A DNA stretch of 64,000 nt from Shigella phage SGF2, in the sequence record MN148435. One strand, 5' to 3'. This document shows, piece after piece, positions 28,341-39,908 of the stretch; the stretch's first letter is position 1; the number at the start of each line of letters is the position of its first letter. Made by a program: the position numbers and the translations under genes. The notes beneath the pieces are model-generated. The model saw only the letters and a program-made list of their open reading frames with translations, ran no database searches and was not told where the DNA came from.

Positions 28341-31300
28341 ATGGCTAACATTAAACCGTGGGAAGAAGCTTCCAAAGCTCCTGCGTATCTGAATGCCTCT
28401 CCGGAGCAACAAGCTCAAATGAGAGAACAATATAAGGCAGCAGGTGGCTCTATTCCTGAGGAACAACCAGTAGCACAACCACAACAAGAAGAACGTGGTG
28501 CTATAGGTGAGTTTGCTCAAGGTGTGTCAAATGCTCTTCAATCTGGTGGTGCAAATATTGCAGCTAGTGCTGCTAAAGGTATTGGTGGTTTAGTTGAGAT
28601 TGGTGAGAATCTAGCTGGAGCACAAACTAGTTATGGTAAGCGTATACAAGAGAACTCTCAGAACCTTCTGAAAGAACGTATGGATAAGATTGAGGATGGG
28701 ATTGGTAAAACTGTCGGTCAGTATGCTGGTGTTGCTGGTGATATCGGTTTGACAGTTGCTAACCCATTGGCTGCTGCTGCTATCATCGCAGGTCGTGAGA
28801 CAGGTCGTGCATATGCAGACCAAACCCCTGAAGAGGGAGAAGATAAGTCTATTCTAGATGCAGCCTTAGTTGGTGGTGCTAACTATGCGGCTCAGAGAAT
28901 CCTTCCGGGTGCTGTCGGTACAGCTGAATCCACACTTGGACGTATTGGTCAGAACGTTGCTAGTAACGCAGTGGCTGGTGCTAAAGGTGGTGCTCTTGTG
29001 GGTGCTGCTGAAGCTCAGAATAAGCACGGAGATGACACAACCTTTGCTAATGTATTAGAAGGTGCTATCGAAGAAGGTGCTATGGGTGCTGCATTTGGTG
29101 GTGCAGTTGGTGGGGTTCATGGTTTGATTAGCCGTCCGGGTTCTGCTGTCTTCAAGAATACTCCAGAGTATGCGAAGACTGATATTGCTGCTGATGATGA
29201 ACTAATTCGTAGTGCTAAGAACATTGATGAACTGAAAGAAGCTTACTCTAAAGCTGAAACTGCTAACGCTGCTTCTGCTCTGAATCTTCTGGATGAGAAT
29301 GGATTCCGTATTACAGATGCTGTTGCTGTGGATTCTCCTGCCGCTCAGCGTATTCTTAATACAGACCAAGCCCGTGCTGAGAAAGCTGCTTCTGTTCAGA
29401 AAGAACATTCTAACATTCCGGGCCTTAACCCTTTGGCTTCTCCTGCTAAAGTTCGTGGTAAAGCATTCGCTGATAATGAGCACAACCAGAAGCAAGCTGT
29501 CGCTATGAAAGACGCAATGGCTGATTACACAAAGGATAACACTAAAGCTCTTACAGATGTTCTGGATAATCTTGATCGTGAGTTAGTCTCTCTCCGAGCT
29601 TCTGGTGACTTTACTGGCAGTCCGATTGATATTAAGAATCGCACACAAGCTGACCGTGATTTCATTGATGCTTACAAGACTTTCTATAATGAAGCAAATC
29701 GATTCAAAGCTCGTGATGGTGAAGACTTTAACAACTTCGTAGAGAAAGCTACTGAACTACAGAAGATGGCTGATAATGTTTCTCCAGAGATGAAACAAGC
29801 TATTGGTGGGTTGAAGAAACTGAAAGGTATGCCTGAAGGTTTTAATCCTATTCAAGATGCTTATACTCTGAACAATACAGCTAAGTTCATGAGCAACCAA
29901 GACCGTGGTTGGACTTCCCTGACTGATGATGGCTTCCGTGAGGCTTCTTCTCCTAGTCTGGTTATGAATACACTTGGTGCTGCTAAGTATGCTCTGAATC
30001 GCTTCTCTTCTCAGCGTGCTCGCTCTCAACGTGTTAAACAACAAGAATCCAACAGTGAAGCTATCCGCTCTCTAGCTCGTGGTGATTTGGAAGTTGCTCG
30101 TGCTAAATCTACTGCTGATGAAGCTCGTGCTAAAATGGAAGAAGAACCAGTTGTTGATGACATTAAATTTAAGACGCAAAATGACGTGGAAACCGAACCG
30201 GTTCGGGAGCCTTCTTCTAGTACTGTGACGGAAGAAAATCTTCCTTCTTCTGCTCCTCAAGAAACTCCTCTTACAGCTCGAGATTTAGTTGCGCAAAGAC
30301 GCGCTATCCGTCAGGCTGAACAGCGTCGCGCTGAAGAAGAGGCATTGGCTGCTCAAGAAGCTCCGGTCGAACAAACTCCACAGGCTGAACCTCTCCCTGC
30401 TCGTAACCCTCTAGAGGAGCGTCGTGCAATGGAACAGCAACGTGCTCAAGAAGAGGCCGCACAGGCTCCAGAACCAACCGTAGAGGAACCAACAGTCAAA
30501 GCTGAGCCATTACCTGCCCGTGCTCCTAAAGCTCCTAAGGAAGCTGTACAGGACGTTAAACCGGCAAGTGGTGTAGAACGTTTAGCTGCTATGTCCAGTG
30601 CTGCTCGTCAGGCTACTAAAGATCGTGCAGAACGTTTTGCTCGTTCTCTGTATTCCAAGGCTGCTAAGGCTAAAGCTACTGCTGAAAACTTCTTGGCTTA
30701 CAAGGGTGATCCTAAAGAGTTGATGCGTCGTATTCGTCAGGAAGATAATGCTATCAACACTGAACGTCATGAAGAGATGGCTCGTAATCAGCTAGCTTCT
30801 CAGCAAGGTATTGCTACTGCTAAGAACAACACTGTACGAACTAATTTTGCTGAATGGGTTAAGGAACGTGGTCTGCCAGAAGACATTGCTACTAAGGCAT
30901 TACGTGCTGAAGAAAAAGGTTTAGGTGGGAACGTTACTAACTTGGATAGTCTGAAACGTCGTGCTGAAAGATTGTATCAGAAGCAGCGTGAGGATGAGTT
31001 TGATAGGTTGTATCAACAAGCTCTAGAAGAGAACAAAGCTTTCGATAAGAAGGATGCTCCTAAACTGGTTGACCAGAAGAAAGAGCTTCAGTCTGAGATT
31101 GATACTTTGATTGATTCAGAACCTTTACGTCCTGCTCAGAAAGATGCTATGCGTAAGCTGATGAATGATTATGTAGATGGGAAGTTTAAATCTTCAGAGA
31201 AGGCTGGTAGGGAAGAGGCTTTGGAAGTGGGTCAGATGAAGGATATTTGGGATGGGTTTATTAACACCTATAACAGAGAAGTGAATGCCTTCAACAAAGC

Positions 31301-32762
31301 TAACAAGAACTCTCAATACGAAGCTGCTGCTAAACACTTGCAGGCTCGTGAAGAACGTCTTGCTACTCTGAGAAATAAAGCTCAGGCTCGTTCAGATGCT
31401 AAGGCTGCTGTTGAGAATGAACGTAAAACTCTAGAGGCTATTGCAGCTCAGAAGAGTGAGATTGAGAAGATGATGGAAGGCTTACCTAAGTCTGTTCGTG
31501 AAGCTCAGGAATCTCGTACATTGAAACAGTTGGCTGCTCACCATGATAAGAACTCTCCAGTTCCTCCAGAGAAGTTCCGTAGCTATATCGAACGTATCCA
31601 TAACGCCGAGTCAGATTACCTTGATCGTCAGCGTCGTTTAACTGATGCAGAGGAAGATGCTCGTCAGGCTAAATGGAACAGGATGTATGAGCAAGCGGAA
31701 GAGATGGACCGTAAGTTTGATATAGACAAAAAGGTTAAGCGTAGTGAAGCGCTTAAAGAGGCCCAAAAGCGTGAGAATGACCTTATGGCAGTACAACGTC
31801 AACGTGACGACATTCATCGTCGACTGATGCACACTTTGGAAGATAAGGGCATATCTAGAGAGGATGCTGAAGCATTTGCTGGTTCCTACATGGATAACCG
31901 TTATGCACTTCTTGATAAGCCTATGACTCCTACTGAACATCAGAATGCTCGTTCTCGTATTGAGGCTGATGTTGAGAAGTTTGCTAAGAAGTACGAATCA
32001 ATGACTCCTATCGAGAAAGAGATTGTTAAGGTTACTGGAGATACTGAAGGTAAGCTTGATAACTTGGATGCGGATACTAGGAAGGCTGTTGAGGAGGCTC
32101 AGAAGGTTGACTCTGATATTAAGAAACTGCAAGAGGAAGAGTTGGAGATGGAGAAGGTTCGTTCTGCTCTGCCTGACGATGAAAGATCTCAAGCAAGTTC
32201 TGATATCTTGGAAAGTATCAAACAGCAGGAAGAAGCCTTTGCTGATAAAGCAGAGAAAGCTTTCTTGAATGGGAAGAGCTTGGATGAGTTAGCTAGTGTG
32301 GCTGAAGTTTTAGACAGGGTTCATGGTGCAGATAAGGCTGGTAACAACCGTCGCTTTGTACGTGCATTGCAGACTGCTGCTGAAAACAAGAAGAAGTATG
32401 GTGATAATCCGGTAGCTTGGTTTAGTGCTGATGATTATTCTGCCATTGCTAAACTTGGTGCTTCTTCCGCAGGTGGTAACAAATCCAGAGCACTGGAGAA
32501 GATCTTTGGTTCTACAGCTGAACAAGCTAAGAGTAAGTTGCTTGGCAGGGATGATGTAGCGAAGATGAGACGTGTAATTGAAGAGAACCCTGATATTAAG
32601 ATTCCTTCTTACAAGACAACGAATCGTACTGAGTACTTGCAGTTCTTGGAGAAGTTTAATGACGAAGGGAAGCCGAAGATTAAACGTGGCTCATTGTCAG
32701 AGAAGCTTGAACGCAGTAAGCGTCAATCGAGACTCCGTGTAAGAGTTCGACCTAAGGAGTGA
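28341..32762 (+). CDS. large internal virion / ejection-type protein
   Basis: track ORF from ATG 28296 overlaps promoter motif; ATG 28341 has AAGGAG RBS; 1474 aa, helical, with AEPLPAR repeats. Confidence 0.5.
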   Translation: MANIKPWEEASKAPAYLNASPEQQAQMREQYKAAGGSIPEEQPVAQPQQEERGAIGEFAQGVSNALQSGGANIAASAAKGIGGLVEIGENLAGAQTSYGKRIQENSQNLLKERMDKIEDGIGKTVGQYAGVAGDIGLTVANPLAAAAIIAGRETGRAYADQTPEEGEDKSILDAALVGGANYAAQRILPGAVGTAESTLGRIGQNVASNAVAGAKGGALVGAAEAQNKHGDDTTFANVLEGAIEEGAMGAAFGGAVGGVHGLISRPGSAVFKNTPEYAKTDIAADDELIRSAKNIDELKEAYSKAETANAASALNLLDENGFRITDAVAVDSPAAQRILNTDQARAEKAASVQKEHSNIPGLNPLASPAKVRGKAFADNEHNQKQAVAMKDAMADYTKDNTKALTDVLDNLDRELVSLRASGDFTGSPIDIKNRTQADRDFIDAYKTFYNEANRFKARDGEDFNNFVEKATELQKMADNVSPEMKQAIGGLKKLKGMPEGFNPIQDAYTLNNTAKFMSNQDRGWTSLTDDGFREASSPSLVMNTLGAAKYALNRFSSQRARSQRVKQQESNSEAIRSLARGDLEVARAKSTADEARAKMEEEPVVDDIKFKTQNDVETEPVREPSSSTVTEENLPSSAPQETPLTARDLVAQRRAIRQAEQRRAEEEALAAQEAPVEQTPQAEPLPARNPLEERRAMEQQRAQEEAAQAPEPTVEEPTVKAEPLPARAPKAPKEAVQDVKPASGVERLAAMSSAARQATKDRAERFARSLYSKAAKAKATAENFLAYKGDPKELMRRIRQEDNAINTERHEEMARNQLASQQGIATAKNNTVRTNFAEWVKERGLPEDIATKALRAEEKGLGGNVTNLDSLKRRAERLYQKQREDEFDRLYQQALEENKAFDKKDAPKLVDQKKELQSEIDTLIDSEPLRPAQKDAMRKLMNDYVDGKFKSSEKAGREEALEVGQMKDIWDGFINTYNREVNAFNKANKNSQYEAAAKHLQAREERLATLRNKAQARSDAKAAVENERKTLEAIAAQKSEIEKMMEGLPKSVREAQESRTLKQLAAHHDKNSPVPPEKFRSYIERIHNAESDYLDRQRRLTDAEEDARQAKWNRMYEQAEEMDRKFDIDKKVKRSEALKEAQKRENDLMAVQRQRDDIHRRLMHTLEDKGISREDAEAFAGSYMDNRYALLDKPMTPTEHQNARSRIEADVEKFAKKYESMTPIEKEIVKVTGDTEGKLDNLDADTRKAVEEAQKVDSDIKKLQEEELEMEKVRSALPDDERSQASSDILESIKQQEEAFADKAEKAFLNGKSLDELASVAEVLDRVHGADKAGNNRRFVRALQTAAENKKKYGDNPVAWFSADDYSAIAKLGASSAGGNKSRALEKIFGSTAEQAKSKLLGRDDVAKMRRVIEENPDIKIPSYKTTNRTEYLQFLEKFNDEGKPKIKRGSLSEKLERSKRQSRLRVRVRPKE

Positions 32763-32771
32763 TAAAAGAAA

Positions 32772-32809
32772 AGCCCTCAAGGAGAAATCCAAGAGGGCTT
32801 TATTTGTTT
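32772..32809. terminator. hairpin at convergence point of + and - transcription units
   Basis: agccctc-(14 nt loop)-gagggct followed by ttatttgttt. Confidence 0.35.
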
Positions 32810-32955
32810 CTAAGTTTTAAAAACCATCAAATTCGTCATACATCCCAATTCTCTTCAGAAGTCTGGATGTTCATCTTCAAAGCATCCTGAGATGCCTCCA
32901 TAGAACCAATCTGATTTACTGCCAAGGATAACAACTTCTTCATTCATATACCCTC

Positions 32956-33183
32956 CTAGATTAAATCGTAATACTGAATAATGTCAGAGAGTTTGAACTC
33001 TCGAATCTCATCTTTCTCTACATCTATCGCTGTCATAATCCAACAAGGTTTGCCACCGTTATGAAAACGGGAGCTAGCAACGGAGGTTCGGAGTGGAATA
33101 ACGGACCGGTCAGCAACCTCGCCTCTCCAATTGCGATAGCGAAAGCGAAGCACTTGTTGCGTAGATTTTTGATCATCACTCAT
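32956..33183 (-). CDS. hypothetical small protein
   Basis: track ORF 32956..33324 overlaps HNH gene; ATG 33183 overlaps HNH stop in coupling arrangement. Confidence 0.3.
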   Translation of the reverse strand: MSDDQKSTQQVLRFRYRNWRGEVADRSVIPLRTSVASSRFHNGGKPCWIMTAIDVEKDEIREFKLSDIIQYYDLI

Positions 33184-33577
33184 TTCCTTTTTTGAATTGT
33201 TTTCTTGCATCATTCTCTTCTTTTGTTTTAATCTTATGACAAGGGTCTTTACATAGAACCTGAAAACCTTCTTTCTCACACAGAGCACGAGAGATGATTT
33301 CATCCCAAGTTGCTTCATGGTCAAGAGGAACTATAGGCTCTATGTGGTCAATAGCCATATCCTTTACAGGGTGGTCAGAGCCACACATGGCACACTTAAA
33401 GTGCATTGCCAGTCTACCTGTCTTTGGATTAATCTTCTGCTCTGTCTTGGCGTCTGCTAGTGCATCGAACATGGGCTTCCACTTTCTAGTCAGAGAACGA
33501 ATCCCTGACTTGATGAAAGAGTTATAACGAGCTTCAGTCCACATGCCGGAGCATCTAGTCTTCTCAGACTTCGCCAT
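33176..33577 (-). CDS. HNH endonuclease
   Basis: CAMCGSDHPVKDMAIDHIEPI...LCKDPCHKIKT: Cys pairs flanking DH...H motif. Confidence 0.6.
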   Translation of the reverse strand: MAKSEKTRCSGMWTEARYNSFIKSGIRSLTRKWKPMFDALADAKTEQKINPKTGRLAMHFKCAMCGSDHPVKDMAIDHIEPIVPLDHEATWDEIISRALCEKEGFQVLCKDPCHKIKTKEENDARKQFKKGNE

Positions 33578-33743
33578 AATCAGCTTCTTCCCATACGCGC
33601 TTACCTACTCGATGTGATACTTTTTCACGCTTTTCTTTAATATAGCGATTGCCTAATTCATGACTATATTTAATACGCTGCTCTTTACGAGATTCACGAT
33701 TGGAGGAGTTTTCATCATATGAACGATAATCAAATTTACCCAT
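33564..33743 (-). CDS. small basic protein
   Basis: 59-aa ORF (MGKFDYRSYDENSS...) with AAGGA RBS; stop overlaps next start; below track size cutoff. Confidence 0.3.
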   Translation of the reverse strand: MGKFDYRSYDENSSNRESRKEQRIKYSHELGNRYIKEKREKVSHRVGKRVWEEADYGEV

Positions 33744-33756
33744 TATAATATCCTTA

Positions 33757-34584
33757 TTACCAAGATTTATCTAACCATGTCCAGTCGAACAGGTCTTCCG
33801 GAGTCTGACCAACAAAGAGCAGCCGAGCATTCTCAAGCATTTTCTCTTCATCTTCAGTATCGAACTTCTTATAATATTCCATTCGTACTATATGATACAT
33901 GGTCCACTTGTCTGTAACACCAGCCAACAACTTAGCTGCTGCTTTCTTCCCTATTCCTTGACGTCGAAGCTGGAGCTTGCCACCCCACATAACTTCTTTA
34001 CGTTCTCCACATCCGGGGATATTATCTGTACCATCTCCAATCAACATCTGATAGAAGAAGTTTTGCCATGAAACTAAATCAGATACATAGTGAGGAGGAA
34101 CCTCTTTCTGCCTTTCTCCACAAGCCCAACGGTAATGCCATCCGGGGGTTATCAACAAATCCTTGTCTCTAGTACAGATGATAGTGTTCTTATCCCTACG
34201 TTGCCTTTCAGCTAGTGCATCATCAGCCTCTCTCCCAAATACATCTATGTATTCATACTTACCTTTAATGTAATCACCAACGTTTTGCCAGTGAAAAGGT
34301 CTTTCTCCGGGAGGCCTGTTTGCTTTGTAGTCTTGCTGCTTAGCAACATCAAAACGGAAGTTACCACCTTCGCTGAAGTAGAACACAACCTTGCTGCAAC
34401 CCGATCGAGCTATGATTGTATCAATCTTATATTGAAGTCGTTCAATCATAAAGTTGTAGTCAACTGGAACACGTCCTGTGTCAAGGAATGGATGCTCTTG
34501 AGTAAGAGCACCTACTTCATATCGAAGAACGTCAGCGTCCACTATAGCTACTTCAGGGAGCTTAACTTCTTCCATAAATATCAT
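33757..34584 (-). CDS. 5'-3' exonuclease (FEN / T7 gene 6-like)
   Basis: VAIVDADVL, GREADDALA, TRDKDLLI, LIGDGTDNIPG acidic clusters typical of PIN/FEN nucleases. Confidence 0.6.
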   Translation of the reverse strand: MIFMEEVKLPEVAIVDADVLRYEVGALTQEHPFLDTGRVPVDYNFMIERLQYKIDTIIARSGCSKVVFYFSEGGNFRFDVAKQQDYKANRPPGERPFHWQNVGDYIKGKYEYIDVFGREADDALAERQRRDKNTIICTRDKDLLITPGWHYRWACGERQKEVPPHYVSDLVSWQNFFYQMLIGDGTDNIPGCGERKEVMWGGKLQLRRQGIGKKAAAKLLAGVTDKWTMYHIVRMEYYKKFDTEDEEKMLENARLLFVGQTPEDLFDWTWLDKSW

Positions 34585-35163
34585 CCTGAGCTTGAGCGAT
34601 AATCCAATCTAGATCTAACACTGCTGATTCAATAGTTGAGTCGTTAAACAGCAGATATGTTTTTCTCTGCTCCCCTTCAATGTATGAACGAGAATCTCCA
34701 TTAAAAGAGCAACCATCTCTAAGCACTTGGACAACTTGGACATGGAAATTCTTTTCTAGTTCTCGTACCTCTGCATCAAAACCTCCGTCAGTAAAAACAA
34801 TAATGTCATCCTGACCTAACTCCTCTTGTTTGATACTCTTTACAGCGAGGTTCCCCATATGATTGTTGCCAAACATAGGTTTTAAGAAGTCTTCACTTGT
34901 AGAAATCATCAAATCTCTTACAGACTTCCCTCCCCACTCTGGTCTAGATTTTTCTTTCCATTCACGATCTTCATAGCGTGCTAGGAAGTTTTCTAGAGGC
35001 ATTCCTAGTGCAGCAGCAGCCACTCTATACATCGGCTCCTTGAAGGATTTGGTTAAATGATTGTGATGGTATGAATGTGCATTAACCCAAGCACTAGCTA
35101 TTGTATCTTTCCCACAACCCGGAGGTCCATTAAGAATTACTACTAAAGGTTTAGACTCACCAT

Positions 35164-35173
<10 letters not shown>
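34562..35173 (-). CDS. P-loop kinase, dNMP kinase-like
   Basis: Walker A VVILNGPPGCGKDT (GKDT as in T4-type dNMP kinase); 203 aa. Confidence 0.45.
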
Positions 35174-36659
<1,486 letters not shown>

Positions 36660-36660
<1 letters not shown>

Positions 36661-36920
36661 TACTCTATTCCACGCTCTTTCAGAGCTTCTAACAATCCAT
36701 TGTGATTAGCAGCACATTCTGTGTACTGATCCTGATACCACTCCAACGTAGTGGCTAGTGCCTTTCCTTGAGCACTCTCTAAAAGAGGTAGGTCAACCCT
36801 ACATTCAGCTTTTAGGTTTGTTGGTAAGGGCATTGATTGCCTGCTGTTGTCGCTCGTTGAACAAGCTGACATACTCATCACTAGCGCAGACATTATAAAA
36901 AACTGGTTTAGTTTTCTCAT
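36660..36920 (-). CDS. o-spanin-like lipoprotein
   Basis: MRKLNQFFIMSALVMSMSAC signal with Cys, Pro-rich mature part; gene overlaps 3' end of i-spanin in another frame. Confidence 0.45.
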
Positions 36921-37155
36921 AATGCATCTCTTTATAAACGGTTTCCGTGTTCTTCTTCCAGCTAGATAAACCGGTAAGAACTCTCTGGGCAACTTCATCA
37001 GCTGCCTTGCTTCTTTCAATCTCTAACTCTTGCTGGTGCTTCTCTTTGTCCAGATTACTACTGTCTGTTTGATATTCGTTAAACTTCATACCACCAAAGA
37101 ATACAAGAGCCGAGAAAATGATAAACCCTAAGTTATCACTTAACGTGTTTTGCAT
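36805..37155 (-). CDS. i-spanin-like protein
   Basis: N-terminal TM LGFIIFSALVFFGG then coiled-coil; track start 37179 is GTG inside terminator, ATG 37155 preferred. Confidence 0.45.
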   Translation of the reverse strand: MQNTLSDNLGFIIFSALVFFGGMKFNEYQTDSSNLDKEKHQQELEIERSKAADEVAQRVLTGLSSWKKNTETVYKEMHYEKTKPVFYNVCASDEYVSLFNERQQQAINALTNKPKS

Positions 37156-37168
37156 GTTGTCTCCAACG

Positions 37169-37190
37169 AAAAAAGCCACCCGAAGGTGGC
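37169..37190 (-). terminator. intrinsic terminator (UUCG loop)
   Basis: on - strand gccacc-uucg-ggtggc followed by UUUUUU. Confidence 0.55.
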
Positions 37191-37212
37191 TAAGCTATAA
37201 CAAGGAGAGTTA

Positions 37213-37959
37213 TTAGAATGGGCTATCGTTGTCGTCTTCGTAAGTAGAAGCAGGCTCTTTATCAATCGTAGGGATTGAAGGAGTAGCTTCTTTCTGTTCT
37301 GTTTCAGAAGCACGAGTAATTTCACGACCAGCCAGAGGCATGTTCTTAGCGTCATTAGCTTGGGTAAGCAGGTTGCGCTGGAACGGGAACATCAGTTGAT
37401 AGGATGCTACGTTCTCATCGGTTTCCGCATACGGTTCGAAGAATACCAGAGGACTACGAGCTTCACCAACTGCTGCACGATATTTAGTTGGGATTGGAGA
37501 AATGGTCTTGATGGAGTTTTTAACTTCACCAGCTTTGTTAGTGTAAGAGTTAACCAGAATGTTAACAGGCTGACCTAACAGCACATCCTTAAACCAAGAC
37601 AGATCACCTTTCAGTGCTTGAATGCTTGGGTCAATCATCTTGCAGAGATCAAGGATACCAGAGTTCTTAGCTCGCGGGTTTACATCATAACTCTTGAACT
37701 GGCAAGCAGGACGTGGCTCTAATGCCTTACCATCGGAATCTTTACCAGTAGCATCAACACCAATTAGCTCGAAAGCCAAATCCATACGGAAAGCCGGATT
37801 CTTAGGGGTTACTGCTTTGGTCTTCGGGTCAATCCAAGGGTCACGATTGTGAACACCCAAACCTACTACACGAACGATACGTGCTTCGTATTCACCATCA
37901 GGGATTACATCGTAGTTGGATTTACGGGAAGCAGTTGCGATAGTTGGAATCATAGACAT
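37213..37959 (-). CDS. SSB-like single-stranded DNA-binding protein
   Basis: 248 aa with acidic C-terminal tail ending EDDNDSPF, like SSB DDDIPF tails. Confidence 0.4.
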   Translation of the reverse strand: MSMIPTIATASRKSNYDVIPDGEYEARIVRVVGLGVHNRDPWIDPKTKAVTPKNPAFRMDLAFELIGVDATGKDSDGKALEPRPACQFKSYDVNPRAKNSGILDLCKMIDPSIQALKGDLSWFKDVLLGQPVNILVNSYTNKAGEVKNSIKTISPIPTKYRAAVGEARSPLVFFEPYAETDENVASYQLMFPFQRNLLTQANDAKNMPLAGREITRASETEQKEATPSIPTIDKEPASTYEDDNDSPF

Positions 37960-38010
37960 ATTTTAACTTCCTTATTTAATTTGAAAGATTGTTGCTCTCT
38001 TTGAGCGGTT

Positions 38011-38027
38011 ATGTATAGTATACATTA
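38011..38027. promoter_or_regulatory. palindrome ATGTATAGTATACAT carrying TAATGTATA on - strand
   Basis: - strand 9-mer at 38027..38019, ~60 nt upstream of SSB-like gene start; + strand reads TTATGTATA. Confidence 0.4.
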
Positions 38028-38090
38028 CGCTTATACCGATAAGAGTACTATATAATATAAGTATCTTTGGTAGTAGATATAACACACTAG

Positions 38091-38099
38091 TAATGTATA
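38091..38099 (+). promoter_or_regulatory. TAATGTATA motif on + strand inside - strand gene block
   Basis: exact 9-mer; followed by ~280 nt lacking ATG-initiated ORFs. Confidence 0.3.
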
Positions 38100-38376
38100 T
38101 ATTGTATAGCTGATAAAGCTATTGCAGGCTTGTATATTGGGCAATTCACAGAATCCCTTGCAAGTACCGAAGGGCAGGAGCCACCTGCGAGATAAAAATA
38201 GAGAATTAAGGAATCCTTGATTTAGGTTGTAGGGACTCCTAGGGACTTTGATTCTCTATTTAAAAAGAATATTAATTACTTACTACCTAAATAATTAACT
38301 AACTTACTTAAACCAAATTCAATAAGAATAGATAAAAAGATTATTCCTAAGAAAGCTAAAAAGTATAGAATATAAG

Positions 38377-38559
38377 TTACCATTCAAGTAAACCTTTAAA
38401 GTTAGATTTTTCTACTATTCGCTGATAGTGAAGATTAGAATCAGCTTGTTTCTTTAACATCTCATTATGTTGATCTCTGATATAATCCCTATAAACCATA
38501 CGTTCTTTGAGTAACGAAATTTTCTTTCTTTCAGAGCTTAAATAGTACATCCTAGACAT
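38377..38559 (-). CDS. hypothetical small protein
   Basis: 60-aa ORF. Confidence 0.3.
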   Translation of the reverse strand: MSRMYYLSSERKKISLLKERMVYRDYIRDQHNEMLKKQADSNLHYQRIVEKSNFKGLLEW

Positions 38560-38732
38560 TCAAAGTCTCCACTGAGAGATTCCTGTAACAAATGACTCTG
38601 TTCATCAGAGACTAATTGATTCACTACTTTCTGTAATTCTAATAAATCATCAAAATCGATCATCATACCTTCATCGAGTTTATCTGTATCAACCGACCAG
38701 AAAGGGTTATCTCCTAGCATTTTACTAATCAT
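38538..38732 (-). CDS. hypothetical small protein
   Basis: 64-aa acidic ORF. Confidence 0.35.
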   Translation of the reverse strand: MISKMLGDNPFWSVDTDKLDEGMMIDFDDLLELQKVVNQLVSDEQSHLLQESLSGDFECLGCTI

Positions 38733-38950
38733 TCTACATCTCCTTGTTTATTGTTAATAACATCCAGTGCTGTATAAGCTTTACCTGTTCCTAGATATTC
38801 TAGAACTGGAGGATTCTTCTTTTCTTCAGCGACTACATAAGGTGTGATCTTCCCTTTCAGTACAGCCTGAGATGCCTTAGCACTGGCTTCAGACGTGTGA
38901 ACAGTAGTAAGCCCTTTCTTTCCTATTCTATAAGTGTGAATCCAAATCAT
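38729..38950 (-). CDS. hypothetical small protein
   Basis: track ORF 38729..38971; ATG 38950 gives ATGA overlap with upstream stop. Confidence 0.35.
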   Translation of the reverse strand: MIWIHTYRIGKKGLTTVHTSEASAKASQAVLKGKITPYVVAEEKKNPPVLEYLGTGKAYTALDVINNKQGDVE

Positions 38951-39114
38951 GCTTCTTCCTCGTATTCCCAATTTCTTTCATAATATCCAGAGTTATAGTT
39001 TAGGGCGCACTTCTCGGCCTCTTCTATATCGTCAGTGTTTAGGATATTAACCCATCCACCAACTTCATCAAAACCTTCTTCTACCTCGTTAAACCATACA
39101 CTATACTTTTTCAT
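38947..39114 (-). CDS. hypothetical small acidic protein
   Basis: track ORF 38947..39147; ATG 39114 (MKKYSVWF) gives ATGA overlap with upstream stop. Confidence 0.35.
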   Translation of the reverse strand: MKKYSVWFNEVEEGFDEVGGWVNILNTDDIEEAEKCALNYNSGYYERNWEYEEEA

Positions 39115-39287
39115 CGAGAAGTTCTTCCCCAATCTTTTACATAGCATCGACCATTAACCCACTTTGTCTCTGATTTAAATTCCTGAGACATTCGTACTTC
39201 GCAGTCTTCTCTACTGGCATCTCCTCCGATATCAATCAGATACAGGAATAGAGCTATACCTAAAGCCCAAAGAATTATCTTCTTCAT
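39111..39287 (-). CDS. small membrane protein
   Basis: 58-aa ORF MKKIILWALGIALFLYLIDIGG... with N-terminal TM; ATGA overlaps at both ends. Confidence 0.35.
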   Translation of the reverse strand: MKKIILWALGIALFLYLIDIGGDASREDCEVRMSQEFKSETKWVNGRCYVKDWGRTSR

Positions 39288-39676
39288 CGAATCACCAGAG
39301 GCTCTTCAGAGTACACAGGAGCGGCTATTTCTACAGGAGGTGCTGCCCTAAGGTCGTTAAGTCTTACGCCCTTCAGCATCCCATCTAGGTGGTCCTTTTT
39401 GGGGATTCCAACAGGGAAGTCGTCAATCCAGATATCTACAAAGAAACCTAGTTGTCGACATACATCATCCTTCTGAACGCCATTGCAAAAGATGATAGGA
39501 ATCTGCAAACACTCTGCATCAATCTTAATGTCGTGGTTATCGTACCCGTTAGGCTCGGCAAAGCGATAAGTTACAAAACGTACATCATAACCCTTCGCTT
39601 GCATTAATGTCACCACAGACCGCCACAGCTCCTTATCTGAGGTGTAAGTATCATCATAATCTAAACCAATATTCAT
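39284..39676 (-). CDS. HAD-like phosphatase (candidate)
   Basis: track start 39694 is TTG; ATG 39676 with AAAGGA RBS gives N-terminal MNIGLDYDDTYT (DxDxT motif I). Confidence 0.35.
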   Translation of the reverse strand: MNIGLDYDDTYTSDKELWRSVVTLMQAKGYDVRFVTYRFAEPNGYDNHDIKIDAECLQIPIIFCNGVQKDDVCRQLGFFVDIWIDDFPVGIPKKDHLDGMLKGVRLNDLRAAPPVEIAAPVYSEEPLVIR

Positions 39677-39693
39677 GTCAAATCCTTTAGACA

Positions 39694-39715
39694 AGAAAAG
39701 CCGCCCGAAGGCAGC
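39694..39715 (-). terminator. intrinsic terminator (UUCG loop)
   Basis: - strand gcugcc-uucg-ggcggc followed by UUUUCUU. Confidence 0.45.
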
Positions 39716-39726
39716 TTCTTATTTAA

Positions 39727-39906
39727 CCGTTCACTTTAGCTTCAAGTGTTTCATTTTCAATACTCAAGTCAATCACTACACCAGTAAGCTCAACGACTGC
39801 TTGGCGAAGGGCATCTTTACCCATAGAGTGTACTTGAGATAAGAAGAAAGCTTTACCTTCTTCAGTGGATAGGGTTTCTTTTAATTCAGAAGCAGTCATT
39901 GATATT
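39727..39906 (-). CDS. hypothetical small protein
   Basis: 59-aa ORF MTASELKETLSTEEGKAFFLSQ...; below track cutoff. Confidence 0.3.
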
Positions 39907-39908
39907 CC

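Noticed and set aside
38100-38376. Possible tRNA gene in the long intergenic region
   Set aside because: No acceptor-stem/T-arm arrangement with a GTTC-type loop could be folded by eye; left as unassigned non-coding DNA.
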